DNA of 64,000 bases from the human T2T-CHM13v2.0 reference genome, Homo sapiens. Shown here piece after piece: positions 32,756 to 46,949 of this stretch. The number at the start of each line of letters is the position of its first letter. The first letter of the stretch is position 1. The stretch lies in the NCBI RefSeq assembly GCF_009914755.1, contig NC_060929.1. One strand, 5' to 3'. The notes below the pieces were generated by a model. The model was not told the origin of the DNA. It made no database searches and worked only from the letters and a program-made list of their open reading frames with translations. A program made the position numbers and the translations under genes.

Positions 32756-35062
32756 GACATTAAACCATAATAGGAATTTTCACTTGAGGGATTAGTATAT
32801 TTCAATCCCGTCCCTAGAGCAAGGATAAATAGGGCCAAATCGGAGAGGACAAGAAAAAATTGGATATCTTCTAAAAGGAAAAAGGATGTGAAAACAGAAA
32901 AACAACTGTGAAGGTAAAAGGCTCAGAACAAAAATGTCTATTACTAAACTACAAGATACAAATGTCCCTCCCTTTACAACTTTGCTCAGTATCAATTTGC
33001 CATCCATGCCATTAGGCAATGTGAAACTGCAGCAACACAGCCTGCTCAATTCTTCTGCAGAGCACGCAGAACCATTAACTCATTTTTGTTACTAAATTCA
33101 GAGGCTTAAAAAAAGTTAGCATATATTTGATTCAAACAATGCTTGAGTGCTAAATGTGAGTTATGTTATTTTAATTTTCTTTACATCAAAGACACCTCTT
33201 CACACACATTTAGACTTAAGGTAAAGCAAAGTTGTCACATATTAACATTAGGGTTAATATGTTTAGATAGTTAACAATATCACATATAGTGAACATAATT
33301 TCAATGCAAATTTTCTTTCTATAAAATTAAAGATAAAATTTCACACATAAAAATTGGTAGTTTTCTTAAGAAATTCAAATACTGAAAACATATAAATGTA
33401 GATTTAATTTTGAAATATGTAAAATTTGAAGCAGCAAGTGTGCATATTTATAAATTGTGCCTACATATACCATAGCAACTGAATGCAAAATGAATATTCA
33501 ATTCATTTTCAGTACAAACACACAAAAGTGTTTTTTTCCCCATTCAAATGTCCTCTGTTTTTCCCCTTAAATGATCTACTACTTTGATAATTTATGAATT
33601 CAAAGTGCTGGAGTTTTACTGGCTTGCTGCTTTTCTTAATTATTGAGATAGATAAATAAATCATAATGTTCTTTAATTGGAGCTTTTTGTTTGTTTAAAT
33701 ATAAGCTTATCCTGACCCTGATTCTGTGATATCTAAGCATTTCTCCTTTTGTCCCTTCTTTCCTTTACTTGTTTTAAGTAATTTCTCCAAGCCTAGCTTC
33801 TGCCTCTGAAAAATGAGGCCAAACAACAGAGTTTCATGAGGATTAAATGAGATAATGTCTGCAAAGCTTCCAGTACAGTGGTTTTATTTAGTTTCAATAA
33901 CTAATTTATTTTCTTCTTACTTCTTGTTTTCTTCTCAGTTCTAGAACAGTCAGAGAAATTTTAATGGATGAAAAAAATATTTGCTCCATCACACCCCTGA
34001 TTCATTTCCCAGTTTGGGTACTGGTTAACAAAATATTTGATGTTAAGAGTTTTCTTCATTATAGGATATGGAGAAAACCCAAGACTTTTACCCACTTACC
34101 TAACTGCGTAATGTTCCATCTCCATGTTGCCAGGAGATAATTCATGGTTGAGCTGCTGTAAAATTTCCCTTTAGCAGCCACAGTTGCTCCAAGGTGGATG
34201 ATTAAACTGAAGGGCTAGCTTTAGAACTAGAGAGAACTTGACAGCTTCACAGAATGTGTGATTTAACATAAATTCTGATGGAGGAAACAGCAAGAATGAC
34301 AGGGATTTCAGCAGAATAGGCAGCAATTACTAATCTTTCTGTTAACAGAATAACTGACTGATCATTAGGCTACTGTTGCTGTTCTTGTAGTCTCAGGAGT
34401 TCATTGGACAGTGGTTAGGGATTAGGCAGCATCTTCTAATTCCATGAGAACATCCTGGCCTGAAGTTTTTAACTGATTCACAAGTGTTTGGAAATTGATA
34501 AGAAGGTTATTGATGATGGCTCAAGCTACAGTTTAGAGACTGGCTAACTTATTGAGTGGGAAACCACACATTTGAAAGTTGGTCAAGTACATGAGGTTGT
34601 GAGAGAGTTTGTAAACTAAACCGTAATTGTGGACTCTTTGTGTTCACAATAAAGTTCATTAAATCCTTTGAGGCAAAAATAAATACCTTTTGGAGGAAAA
34701 TTGTCCATTACATTCCTTTAAGTCTCCCAAGTACAAATTTCACAAAGAATAAACAATATTAATTTACTGAGCTTAGTTTTCACCAAAGATAACCTCAAAG
34801 GTTCTAAGATATTTAATGATTTATGTTTAATCTAATCCTTGCATACGTTTGACATTGTCTTTTCAGAATGTTGTAAAATAGCAGAAAATGTTCCCAAGTC
34901 CAATATAACTATAATTTGGAAAACTTTCACACAAGCAAAATAATTTCAATTTTAATTTGAAAACAGTTTCCAAACATCAAGAAACTGCTGGTTATCTCGA
35001 GAGAGAGTAACTCGGGAAAGCCAGAGCTTTACTTTTTATCATTCTGTCTCTGTGAAACTTTG

Positions 35063-35597
35063 TTGTTGTTTTTTGTTTTTTTGCTTTCTTTGAGACAGCC
35101 TCTCATTCTGTCAACCAGATTGGAGTGCTAATGGTGACTACAGCTCACTGTGGCTTGGAACTCCAGGCTCAAGCAATCCTCCCAGTTCAGTCTTCCGAGT
35201 AATGGACTACAGGTGCTTGCCAAAGCATCCAGGTAATGTTTTTGTAGTATTTGTAGAGACAGGATCTGGCTTTGTTGTCCAGGCTGACCTCCCAGAGTGC
35301 TGGGATTACAGGTGCAAGCTTTTTAAAAAACATGTCCTAAACAGGCACTGACTGTCACACGCCTTTAATTCCAGCTACATGGGAGGCTGAGGTGGGAAGA
35401 TCACTTGAGCCCAGGAGTTACAGTCCAGTCTGGGCAACAGTGAGACCCTGTCTCTAAAATACAAAATTTCAAAAAAAAAAAAAAACAAATGGCACACACC
35501 TTAATCCCAGCTACTCCCAGCAACTGAGGAGGATCCCTTGAGCCCAGGAGTTGGAGACCAACCTGGGCAACACAGTGAGACTCTATTTGAAAAAAAA
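35063..35597. mobile_element. Old AluJ (minus, ~35063-35318) plus FLAM/AluJ monomers (plus, ~35342-35597)
   Basis: Diverged Alu motifs in opposite orientations. Confidence 0.8.
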
Positions 35598-36017
35598 CTT
35601 TTATTGTTGTTGTTAAACAATAATTTCAAGACTTAATGTGAATTCCCAAAACTACGTTAAGGATATGTGACTTTCAAATACCAGTATTTCTCAAAACCAT
35701 ATGATATAGGCAATTAAGAAAAAGTAAATTTTACTTGATAAGTTAAAAATTTGATAGTACAATGAAATTAAAACATCATAATATGTGAAAAGGAACTATC
35801 CTGTCAATCTCTGTAAAGTTATAGCCAGTACATAATAAGAAATTAGGACAATTAATTGATAGCTCAAGCCCTCCCTTTCTTGTTTATTACCTTCTTAATA
35901 GTAAACCTAAAATTTCACAGCCCCAGTTCCAATCAGTACTGTTGAATAACTCTAGTTATCAATCAATACTTGTGATAGCAATTCAAAAATATAAATTTTT
36001 ACATACATGCTTAATGT

Positions 36018-36262
36018 TATTGGTAGTAAAATTGACATTTTTAAGGGGCTTTCAAATTGACATTTTTAAGGGGCTTTCAAAAATCAATATATTTTGGTGA
36101 ATATAAAATTTCCTTTGAAATTTTATATTTTAGAGAGAGGGTCTCACTATATTGGTAGTAAAATTAACATTTTAAAGGGGCTTTTAAAAATCAATATATT
36201 ATTGGCGAATATAAAATTTCCTTTGAAATTTTATATTTTAGAGACAAGGTCTCACTATATTA
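36018..36262. repeat. ~107-bp tandem duplication with a nested 25-bp duplication, overlapping a FLAM
   Basis: Copy 1 ~36018-36149 (with 36029-36053 = 36054-36078), copy 2 ~36150-36262. Confidence 0.92.
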
Positions 36263-36494
36263 CCCAGACTGGACTCTAGCTCCTGGGCTCAAGTGATCCC
36301 CCCACCTCAGCCTCCCATGTAGGTGGGATTACAGGTACGTGACAGTCAGTGCCTATTCAGGAAATTTTTTTTAAAACTTTGCACCTGTAATCCCAGCACT
36401 ATTGGAGGCCAGCCTGGACAACAGAACCAGACCTCCGTCTCTACAAAAACTAATAAAACGTAGGCCAAATAAGCAACTAAGAAATTATTTCCTG

Positions 36495-37179
<685 letters not shown>

Positions 37180-37908
37180 AAGAAATTATTTCCTGTAGCT
37201 TTTTCTTTGAACTTGGATGCATAATTATGGAAGTGAAGCATGCAAAGAATCACATTCATATCACAGTGTTTTGCCCTCTACCCTTCTGTCTTTTATAGTC
37301 TTGAATAGAGAACCAAGAGAAATCAAGTCAAGATTTTTAGCTTCTATTAAACCCAAATAGGTTCATTAATCTCATGTAAATTGATGGACAAGTATATGTA
37401 TCTCATTATAGGTTTTTTAAATGTAATCATTATGCTTTCATGTATTAAGGTGTCACTTTAAGCATTACTTCCTCAAGTAAGTCTTGCCTGGCCACCCATT
37501 CTAAAGTAAGTCCCCTTTTATGTTTTATTTATCATAACACTGATAACTATCTGATATTTTCTTTTATTTACTTGTTTACTATCTTTCCTCTTTAAAATGT
37601 AGATTCCATAATCAGAAATCAGTAGGACCAAAAGTAGTAACAGGTTCTCAATAAATACTTATTAAATGAAGAAATAAGCTTATATTTTTTAAAAGGAATT
37701 CCTATGAACTTGAGCATATAATGGATAACTTGATAATCATGTTTAATTTATGTGTTTATGAAGCATTACTTACATTCCAATTATTTCTAGAATTATATGA
37801 ACAGTCTCCAACTAGTCTCTCCTCCCTTTCTTTCAACATAACATATTCTTAAATGTGGCAAACTGCAGACATTTTGTGAGGACTTGTTTCAATAACTGAA
37901 CACACATT

Positions 37909-37982
37909 AAACAGCTAAAATAAGTTGTCTTCAAAAGCAAATTGCAAACAGCTAAAATAAGTTGTTTTCAAAAGGAAATTAC
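37909..37982. repeat. 37-bp tandem duplication
   Basis: aaacagctaaaataagttgt(c/t)ttcaaaag(c/g)aaatt(g/a)c twice. Confidence 0.93.
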
Positions 37983-37999
37983 AAAGAGTGACTGTTTCC

Positions 38000-39450
38000 A
38001 GATGTAAACTACTCCATGAGTGACATCTGCTTATTCCTTCCCCCAGTGTCAGTGTCCATACTTGGGCTTGCTATTCTCTGCTCTCTATACTTTCCTTGGC
38101 AAACTTCACATATTTTATCATTTTAACCTAATCACAAATGTCTATTGATGCCTTCCAAATAGAATCATACTCCTATATCTGGACTTTCTGATTAACTGGA
38201 TGATACTGCAAACTCCCCACTTCTGAAAGGAGTTGATTGTTTTTCCTTCCACCCTCCTTCTTCTAGCCACCAAAGCCACTATGGTACTAAGACAAAACGT
38301 TAGGTCAAAAAATCTACATGTTGTTCTTTTTAAAATGTCTCTATCACATGTCTTCTCTTCTTTGTTCCCAACTTCAGGTTTCATCACCTTCTCAGATTAT
38401 TTCAACAGTCTCCAACTATTTCCCTAATTCCCTACTAGGCCCATTGTGGCTCACCTGAATACTGATTACGGTGAAACTTCTTTAAATGCTACTTACCTCA
38501 TTTTGTTTATGTGGTCATATTTTGTATCATAACACCTTTAAGATTCACTACAAACACCCTAGTCCAACCCACAATCATCTTTTAACAATTACCTCTGCTA
38601 CATAACTACTTTTCCCTCAACCACACTTTTCTTACTCTACATCAGGGGTGTCCAATCTTTTGGCTTCCCTGGACCACATTGGAAGAATAATCGTCTCGGG
38701 CCACACATAAAATACACTAAGACTAATGATAGCTGATCAGCTTTTAAAAAAATCACCAAAAGAATCTCATGTGTTGGGTTGCATTCAAAGCCATCCTGGG
38801 CCACATGCAGCCCATGGGCCATGGGTTGGACAAGCTTGCTCTTCATACTTCAGACAGAATGATCTGTTTAAAGTGTAAATAAATCCAAACATGCCACTCC
38901 CTTGTTTATAATCATTCAGTGGCTTTCCACCACACTTAGGTCAAAGATCAAAACCCCACAAAGTCTGTCTCCCTCTCTAACCTCATCTTAGTCCATCCTA
39001 CCTTGATTTCCATATATTTCTGTACTCTAATCACACTGAGCTTAAAGTTCCTCAAAATGAAAGCCTTCTTCCTACCTGGGGGCCTTGACATGTGTTGTCT
39101 CCTTATCTATAAAGGTCTGCCTGACCCCTTCCCTTTGCTCAGTCATCTACTCCTCCTCTAGTTAACCCTGTCAAACGTTACATCTTAAGGGAAAATTTCC
39201 TAACTCCAGTCCTTGTCTCAGACTAGTTACATATTCTCATAATTTTATGTACTTCTTCATTACAAAATGTATCATTCCATAACTAATTAGTTAATTGTGT
39301 AATTGTGTAATTGCTGTTTAAAGTCTAGCTTCCCGACTAGAATATTTCATGAGATAGGGCATGAATTGGATTTGGTTTACCACTGTTCTCCCATGCTTGG
39401 TGCAGCACTTTGCACACAGTAGCTGTTCAATAAATATTTGTTGAATATAT
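38000..39450. mobile_element. L2 fragments
   Basis: Degenerate L2 motifs ending in cacacagtagctgttcaataaatatttgttgaat. Confidence 0.6.
38643..38838 (+). mobile_element. MER30 hAT-Charlie MITE (internally deleted)
   Basis: CAGGGGTGTCCAATC...GGTTGGACAAGCTTG termini; 8-bp TSD CTCTACAT/CTCTTCAT. Confidence 0.9.
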
Positions 39451-39837
39451 CAAAGAAGAAATCTGAAGTAACTATCTGTAATTTCTATCATCAAGTCTCC
39501 CTGCTGGCCAAGTTTCAAGAATATAAATAATCTGGCCTTATTCCATCTATCCACAAATATAATCATCACTACTGAATATAAAACTCTACTGTCTTCTCAT
39601 TCTCAAAAACGTGCTGTGCTCCTTCATGCATTCAGGTCATCAGTGATCATTTTGTTTTTCTAACCAATAATGCTGTTTCTTCTAACTATCTTAATTCTAC
39701 AAGTCTTTCAAAGCCCCGACTCAAAAATGCAAATATTACTTTCTCCAAATAATCCTTCATTTGTCATTCATACTAATTTGTCTTTACTGTGGATTTCTAT
39801 TAATATACTCATTAATAGGTATCCCACAATTTGTTAG

Positions 39838-40212
<375 letters not shown>

Positions 40213-41739
40213 TAAGTCCTCTTCCAAGGCTTTCTATCTCTCAAGCCTACACCCTCAAACATGTAAATAGCCCCTAGCACAGTATATTAGTAGAAGGTAA
40301 TCAATAAAAATTTGCTGGTTAGTAGGTTTAATATTGGTTCAGAAATTTGTAATTGATTTCCTCATATTTATCTTTACCTTTAATGTAGTAAAAAGCGGTA
40401 TGGCCACTTGTACATTAGAGGTTTCTTTTGTAATTAAAAGACAAAAGCCTAAAAGTGACCCAGATATTTAGTCTGAATTTTCTGCTTTATTTTATAATAA
40501 AGTCTGTTGACAATAGCAGTGTGGATCCAAATTTTACGAGAGTCCAGGGTCAGTTACAATGTTCATGACAGGTGACTTGCCAAGCCCATTATATCTCCCA
40601 GGGTATCATTTAGTACCTTTTTGCATCAAAAGAGAATTCACTGTAGCTTCAAAAAATGCATTCATAGACTAAAATAGTACCTTAATAATCTTGAAAGAGT
40701 TAATGAGGTCAATCAAATGCTTAGCCCAACTTTCAACTTCCAAATCAAGAACATTCCCTCTCAATGGTACAGAAATAGAAAAGGTCTGCACGTTTTGATG
40801 ACTCACTTTTCTACCACCTGGTCTTATGAATATATTTGTTTGTTGTTTATTAACTCAACACTTCACTGTTTCGTTATTTTTAAGGACCTTAGGATCTCAT
40901 TGGTGGGAACATAATAAAATAACCCCAAAAAAATTTCACTGGTTTGAGTTGCCCTTCTTACATTTGTTATTTTGAACTCATGTTGTGTGAAAAGGAGAAA
41001 AAGACAAATTTTCACTGTTTATACCATATTTCTAATTTCTGCTCCAAAATGTAACAAATGATATAAATTCTCCATGTAACTCTTAGATTTCAGGTTAGAT
41101 ATTTAGAGAGATTAACTTTTAAGTCACAGGAGTACCCTTTAGTAACATGAGCCATATCTTTATTCATAATTCCCAAGGGATTTATGAACTAAGGAGCTTT
41201 AAAAATTGGAACTAATAGAGCTTTCAGAAATGGTCCTAACTTCAAGGAGAAGGTTAAGCCAGGAAGACTCTTATTTCTTGTATCATTAGTTAAAATTATA
41301 AGTATTTTAGGCCATTTATAAGCAGCATGCTTCTATGAGTTAGATATTTTAATCAAGGTGAAATAAAAATATTAAAATTACTTACAAAATATTTTTGTTT
41401 GGAATACATTAATAATTCTGTGGTCTAGCACTTAGTTCCCATGTGTCCAGTTAACTTGGCCCTATTTCATAACTATTGACTATTCCCCACATCCAGAATA
41501 GGATCTCAAATAAATATCCTACAAATGGCCTTGAAAGCTAGCTTAGAGGTTGCTTGCAGTTACATACTTACTCGCAAATAAATCAATGATCTTAGTCTAC
41601 CTGGGAAGGGTAATCTCTTCAACAAAGCAGGGCAGCATCAACAGGACTCCCATATTGAGAGAATCAGTCTATCTATCAAAATCAAGCCCTTAGATCCAGA
41701 GGGCAACGGCTGTCTCAGAAAGATAAATCTCTTATTTAA

Positions 41740-41865
41740 ATGTATTCATTCTTTCATCCACAAAAACTTATTGAGCATCTACTATGTGTCTGACACTGTT
41801 CTAAGTATAGGATATTCAGCAGTGAACAAGACAGGTAAGTCCCCTACTCTACAAACCTTATGAGT
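41740..41865 (-). mobile_element. L2 3'-end fragment
   Basis: attcattc...ttattgagcatctactatgtg...cagtgaacaagacag. Confidence 0.7.
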
Positions 41866-44800
41866 GCCTAAGAATCAGGAAGGGGCGCCGGGGAAAATGA
41901 TAAGCAAATGAAGAATCATACTCGTTGCAAGGTGGATAGAATAAGAAATTGATGTCAAAATAATTTCAAATTAAAGAACATGCTATACAAAAAGCCCACC
42001 AGGTGCACACTTTTCCTAGACAGTGAACTATATACATATAATACATTATTTAGCTAGCTAACTGGATAAACTAGATAGATATAGATTTGTATCCAAATAT
42101 TTAATCCAAGAAATCTTTCCAAGATCACACATCCCATGGCATTCCCTGTCCCACAGTGAACAAAGGAATTAGTGTCACATTTTCAAAATGACAGATTACT
42201 CACCAAGATAAAATTGTATATGCTTAATAAGTAGGTAGCTTTTTTATTATAGATGTGTACATAAGCCAATTAATAAAGATAATTAAGAAACAGAATTAGT
42301 AATATGTTCTAAATGAATGTTTAAAGTATTTGTTCATTAATTTCACTTGAGAATGTATCTATACACCAATCATTCACCTGCCCTGAATTTTAACTATGGA
42401 AATTCCAACCAAATTCCTTGTATAAATAAATGTAGATAAAGCAAAATAGTCCAATAAATACTTATAACAGAAGAGCAAATTTTACATAAATACTCTGTTC
42501 CTATTTTATAGATGGTTTATACACCTTCCAAAATTTATTTAGAATCACCTGGGGCTTTTGGCCAATTGTCTACTCACACAAATGTGCTAAATAATAGAAA
42601 CTTCTAAAAAAATTATTACTGTTATATTACATATCAATTCACATTCCAAAAAATGTTATATTTCAAAATGCACAAGTAAACCCCCATTTTATTGTTAATG
42701 CATCCATATACATTGTATACATGCCTTCATAAGCATTCCACTGTATTAGAAAAATATACCCTCCTAAAGGTATTTAAATAGGCAGAAACACTTTTTACAA
42801 AGCAAACAATTAATTTATGATCATGAAAGGTGTGTGTAGACTAGAGAATTAATGAAAAGCAAAACATCTTAAACAGTCTTTTAATGTTATGAATTTGATT
42901 TTTCAAGAAATACATGTCATTTATTTTCAAAACGAAATGATAGCTATACTTTCTAGAGTCTATCAATAGTATTTAAAATAAGATACTCATAACTTTCAAA
43001 TACTGCTTTTACTAGTCATCACTCGTCATTAAATGTAACTGTATATTCAAGAGCTTTCTAATAATAGCCTTTAATTAAACGAAGGACTGTTAGAGGGTTT
43101 CTGTTGCCCTTTGAAGTTCTTAATTATTACTTGTATCCAGCATTTTATGGTACACTTAAGGTTAAATTAAATCATTTAAATATACCTTGAAGAGAAATAT
43201 GAAGACTTTTGCCCATTTTAATTAAATCTCTGAATTTCAGTATTTGAAAATAATAACATATGTTTTGATTTTTTTTTCATGGCCGAATGGCAAAATGCTC
43301 ACTATATTAAACAACAAAAAAAGAAATGGTAGCTTTTTATGGGACTAATCGCTAAGCAGATGCATGTAAATGAGCTATTTTCTATGCATGGCTTCCAAAA
43401 GTGCTAATTAAATAGTTGGTATTCAAGGCTATGCTCGCTCATTGTTTAGTGACACACAAATCCAGCGATGTGTGCCAGCAGACATTTTAAGTTGAATGTT
43501 TTCTCCTCTACGGTCTTTGTCATGAAATGGTGGCACCATGATGAGAACACTAGTGTAAGCAAAACATTGAAATATGCTTTAATAATGTTTTAACCATGTA
43601 GTGACACTAGCCTAGTTTTCTAATGAATTTTTAATTTCTGTTTTCTTATAAGGGTGATATGAGTTATCGCTGATGCATATTAAATCATATACATGAGTCA
43701 TTTTCTCTAAATTTGCATAAAATGGCTAAATGCTAATGCACCAAATGGAGCTTACTATATGTGGTACAGCAAATATTCCCTTGAAGATTTTCTGCAATCA
43801 ATCTCCTGTATTTCATTAGCAACCAGATAAGGTGTGGTCTGCAGAATAAAAAAAGAAAAGTGTGTAGCTCATGAACTTATGAGGCTTCAGATGATTTCTA
43901 CGTGGTGATTAGAGTGGATTCTGCAATTAGAATTTATGTAGGTAAAACACACATGTGCTTCCTTTAAAGGCACAGTGCAACAAAAGTTCTGAATACAGCC
44001 TTGCAATTGTTAAACAATGAAAAGGCACCATTCAATTATTGTGATTTTTTTACATCTATAATTAAATGAAGGAAAGCCATACTTTAAATTTAGTATCATT
44101 TGATTGGCATAACCCTTACTGAAATTTTACAATTTCCCTACTATGTTTATAAAAGAACTTTTAAAAATAACCATGTGTGAAATATTTTGTTTGCTAACTG
44201 TTCCCATTTTCCTTGTCAAATAATGGTGAAGAATTTTCTGGACTAATGTTTAACATTTAAAAATGTTTTTTCTATCATCAAATACTCTTACTGAACTGAC
44301 ATTAGGATCATATGCTTTATAAAAAATTGCATTAGGGTAACAGTATTATTGGGCAAACCAGAGATGTTTACTTGAAGGATAAACTTGCTGCTTACTCACT
44401 CCACTCATCAACCCTTTTCTCGTCTCCTACAGTTCCACCATCTGGAATATTTTTTAACCCAGTAAAGAAAAAATTGGGGAAGGGGATGGCTATTTAAAAA
44501 TAAATGCTTTGCCCTACAGTTATTTTGAATTAGTCTTGATAAATAATTAAGGAATCCATAATACATTATTTAGATGCCATGGTCTTAAGAATTTGAGTGG
44601 TATTTCAAGTACAATTATAGTCATTTATTTATCAGTAGAAAATTTACATAATCACACTTCAAAATCCAGTGGACTGGAGAGATATCAGAAAGACACCCAT
44701 GAATGTGGTAATGACTCCGAGTATTAGATTAAGTTAATAATGTAGTGATGCACATGATATTCTAATATCTAGCACTACAGTATTTGATCACTTAAAATGA

Positions 44801-46949
44801 TAAAGGCATAAATATTTTTCTCTTTTCAAACTGTATTTTATGCAGAAGGGCTCTTTATAGTATAAAATGCAATTTGAAAAATCAAAATTGAATTAGACAA
44901 TCTCTAATGAAATAAAGCTAGTTAACTTTTAATAAATAAAGCCAAAAAATTTTCAATGACCATGAAAATAATTTTATTATAACAATAACTATTGGCTAAC
45001 AAGAAATAGTGTTCACTTCATATATTTTTGAACTGACAATATAGACCTTTAAGCTGAAGTCCAGAAAAATGACAGAAATTCAACTCCTCTTTCCTATCAT
45101 TGAACACGGCATGCAAATGGAGGGATTACCTATTGGAAAGGTAACACACTCTCTGTTAGCTCAGTCATGCTATAGATTCTTCCTTAGCAGCTAGTCCATC
45201 TGAGACAAATTTGGCAGAAGTATATGCAGTATTTGTACTGTGCTGTTTGAATCACTGGAATCCCATGTCATACCTGCAAACTGAGATTTTAGACTATAAT
45301 TGAGCACGAGTCTTCAGTGTGGAAATCTAAGCTACTCAGCAATTTTTAACTTTATTTGGGGAGAGCTAAACTTTTTATTTTTATATTAATCTACGTACCT
45401 AGAAATTGTCATAAGAGTTACTTTATAAAACAATGCAAATGCAAATTTGTCAATTAATTCCTATATCCTTGCTGTCTAGGTATTTTCGCTACTGGAACCA
45501 CTCAAGAGGTATATATTACAAACCCCAAAGATGAATTCCTATCAGATTATTTTTCTTCCATCCATTTCAAACTCCACTTGCCATGAATTTGTCATACATT
45601 CATTGCCATGAATTTGTCTAAACAGTTTTCAAGCTATACCACAAACCACTCAATACCCTCAACTTCATCTTCCCAATATCAGTCAATGCTAATTTAACTT
45701 TGTATGTACATCATATATTTCAAGGGTAACTCAATCCATTAAAGTAATATATATTGGGTAGTGACTGTGTACAAACTATGTACTTTCTAATAATAAGGCC
45801 TAAAATCTATTATTTGAGCTCCTCGCAAAGACTATTATATTTATGCAAGTTTCAAGAACTTATAATGCTCATTGAATTAAAAATAAGGACTAAGTACACT
45901 TTTATTATTACTATACAAGAGATTTAACCCTGACAGGAAGTAAGTCCATAGATTCTGAATTTCAATGATATTACATCTATTATTGTCTTCATGAAGGTAT
46001 TATGTCCAAATATATTATATGAAGTATTTTTAATTAGGCCAGTGTTGATAAATACGTAATTATATTTGAGATACTTATTCGGTGAAAATATTTCTAAATC
46101 ATACTTGTTAGAAATTTTTCCATCCCAGTAAATTTCATTCATATGTATACATTTGTGTGTGTAGGAAGACATTTTTCCCTAAAAGACAAAGATTTAAGAG
46201 ACATTCTGGGTAATATTCTGTAGATCATTTTTTGTGGCCTGATTCAGAGAAAGTATTTATTGTCTATCTTTTTTTTTTCTTTACGCACATCTCTTTTCTC
46301 AAGTGGTTCCTTTCACAGGTTTTCACCAACTATTAAAGTGATTAGCGTCTGTAGTTTTTTCCAATCTCCCACTAGCTATTAATGATATAATAAAAAAAAT
46401 CTTAACCTTGTCAAGTTTGAATTTAAAACTTAAAAAAGCCAAGAGCCAGGTTGCAGTTAAAATTCTCCTGATAACTTGTTTTCCGAGGGCCAGTGACTAT
46501 TAAAAGAAACTCAGAGAAAACACGAAATCTGTCAGACAGCTACTTAGTGACAGAATTAAATGAATATTGTTAGGTAAGTGTTTTAATAACGCAGCATTTT
46601 CGAAGCATTTTCTGAAGATTATTTCTCATTGGCCCTGTCATAAAGTGGTAGCAAACTGCTTTAAAACAGTAATCAGACCGAAAGTAGTTGAGGAAGCCTA
46701 TGACAGGAAGTTGTTAATAATATCCTTCGAAATTTACCTGTGAAATACAGAGCTTGACTACTTTTGTAAAAGTGGAATTGAAAGTAAACGGCCTCTGTAA
46801 TGCAAATCGACCAGCAGCAAGAAAGCCACTACCTTTGGAGTCCCACGACTTCACCTGAGCTTGCAATAGACCTTGTGCGCCCTTTGGTTCATGGAATCAA
46901 AACTGTTTTGACATGTTGGCCAGTGCCCTTCGGTGTCACTGAAGCTCAG

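Noticed and set aside
46571-46579. Strong plus-strand donor TAG|GTAAGT
   Set aside because: No convincing matching acceptor or promoter; isolated matches are common.
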